Assembly (NCBI GenBank): GCA_040954595.2
Contig: CM082595.2
Span: 7,608,317-7,672,316, forward strand
Origin: Balanoglossus misakiensis
Lineage: Eukaryota > Animalia > Hemichordata
DNA: 64,000 bases
Reading direction: 5' to 3'
A program made the position numbers and the translations under genes. Below are positions 63,128 to 64,000 of this stretch, one piece after another (positions within the stretch are counted from its first letter, which is position 1; each line of letters starts with the position of its first letter). The notes beneath the pieces were generated by a model that saw only the letters and a list, made by a program, of their open reading frames with translations, was not told the DNA's origin and made no database searches.

Positions 63128-64000
63128 GAGCTGGCTCTGAGATCTCCCAATTCAAGAGATTTCTGACGTGACCTTAGATAAATCAATAGGGCTGCCTCCT
63201 ATGAGCAGGACAAGTAGTTTTCAAAAACACTTGTCGGAAGCAAAAATGCACTACTCCAGAACAAGCAGACAGGTACATGTGTTATTTTGAACCCTGTTTT
63301 TTAGTCTAACATTATAAACTTGTGTTGTTGTTTATTCTGTTGAATTATAAATGATGAGGTGGTACTTAATTTGCTAACCCAGACTGGCCTGGTGTTAGCT
63401 CAGGGCTAGTTCTTTGTTTGTGTAGTCTTATATTGTTAGCTGTGCTGAAGGGTGATTGGCGAGTTCACTGTTTTCATTTACAGCCAAACTCAATAGTCTC
63501 ACACCTGTGTGACAATTGAAGAATTCTCTTCTGCCGACCATACAATTTTTATTCACATAAACAATGCATTATCAGTGACTCACAGTCATTCACAAAGTAC
63601 ACGAAGACAAGAAAACTTGAAGGGGACAGTAATGGGGAAAAAGAGATGTGCAGAGAGTGTAAATCTGAAGTGGACACTGGGATATCTTTAATATAGTGGC
63701 CTTGCCCTCTTAAATGTTCCTGCTGGAGAATGCTGAACACAGACAATTATTTGCTGCCATCAAGCTTTCAGCAGACAACTACAAATTGAGGTTAGAATTT
63801 GAGATTAATCCCACGTTTTCATATTTTGTATGCACACAGAGATGAAGCAATACAAGAGAGTGAATTGAAGACGGAATCTGAAACAGATGAGACTTGACAT
63901 TTAACCATTGAAGACTGCAACCTGGAATGGACAAGTGACCATCAAACCTGGTGGATGTGGAATGAATGAGTGAACATCCAACCTGTGGATCTGGAATAGA

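Overview
Eukaryotic, intron-rich invertebrate DNA. The TRIM-NHL, FReP and repeat repertoire suggest a marine deuterostome such as a hemichordate, but this is inference only. Gene models were built by hand from GT-AG sites with phase checks: (1) a minus-strand C-type lectin/Sushi/EGF type I membrane receptor running off the left edge; (2) a GH3 beta-xylosidase pseudo-exon; (3) a 7-exon bacterial-type D-3-hydroxybutyrate dehydrogenase; (4) a 7-exon intelectin/fibrinogen-like YCD-GGGW protein; (5) a 9-exon type II membrane fibrinogen-related protein with three copies of an unnamed Cys-patterned domain; (6,7) two head-to-head SOUL/HEBP2 paralogues, one apparently cytosolic and one with a signal peptide; (8) an intronless TRIM-NHL gene. 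Mobile DNA is abundant: a 5'-truncated non-LTR RT, a frameshifted piggyBac, a decayed Crypton tyrosine recombinase with hairpin companion elements, a 1.3-kb foldback element, an L1/Tx1 relic, many MITEs and a ~168-bp satellite array. No rRNA, tRNA or CRISPR array was seen. All family assignments come from motif recognition, not database searches.
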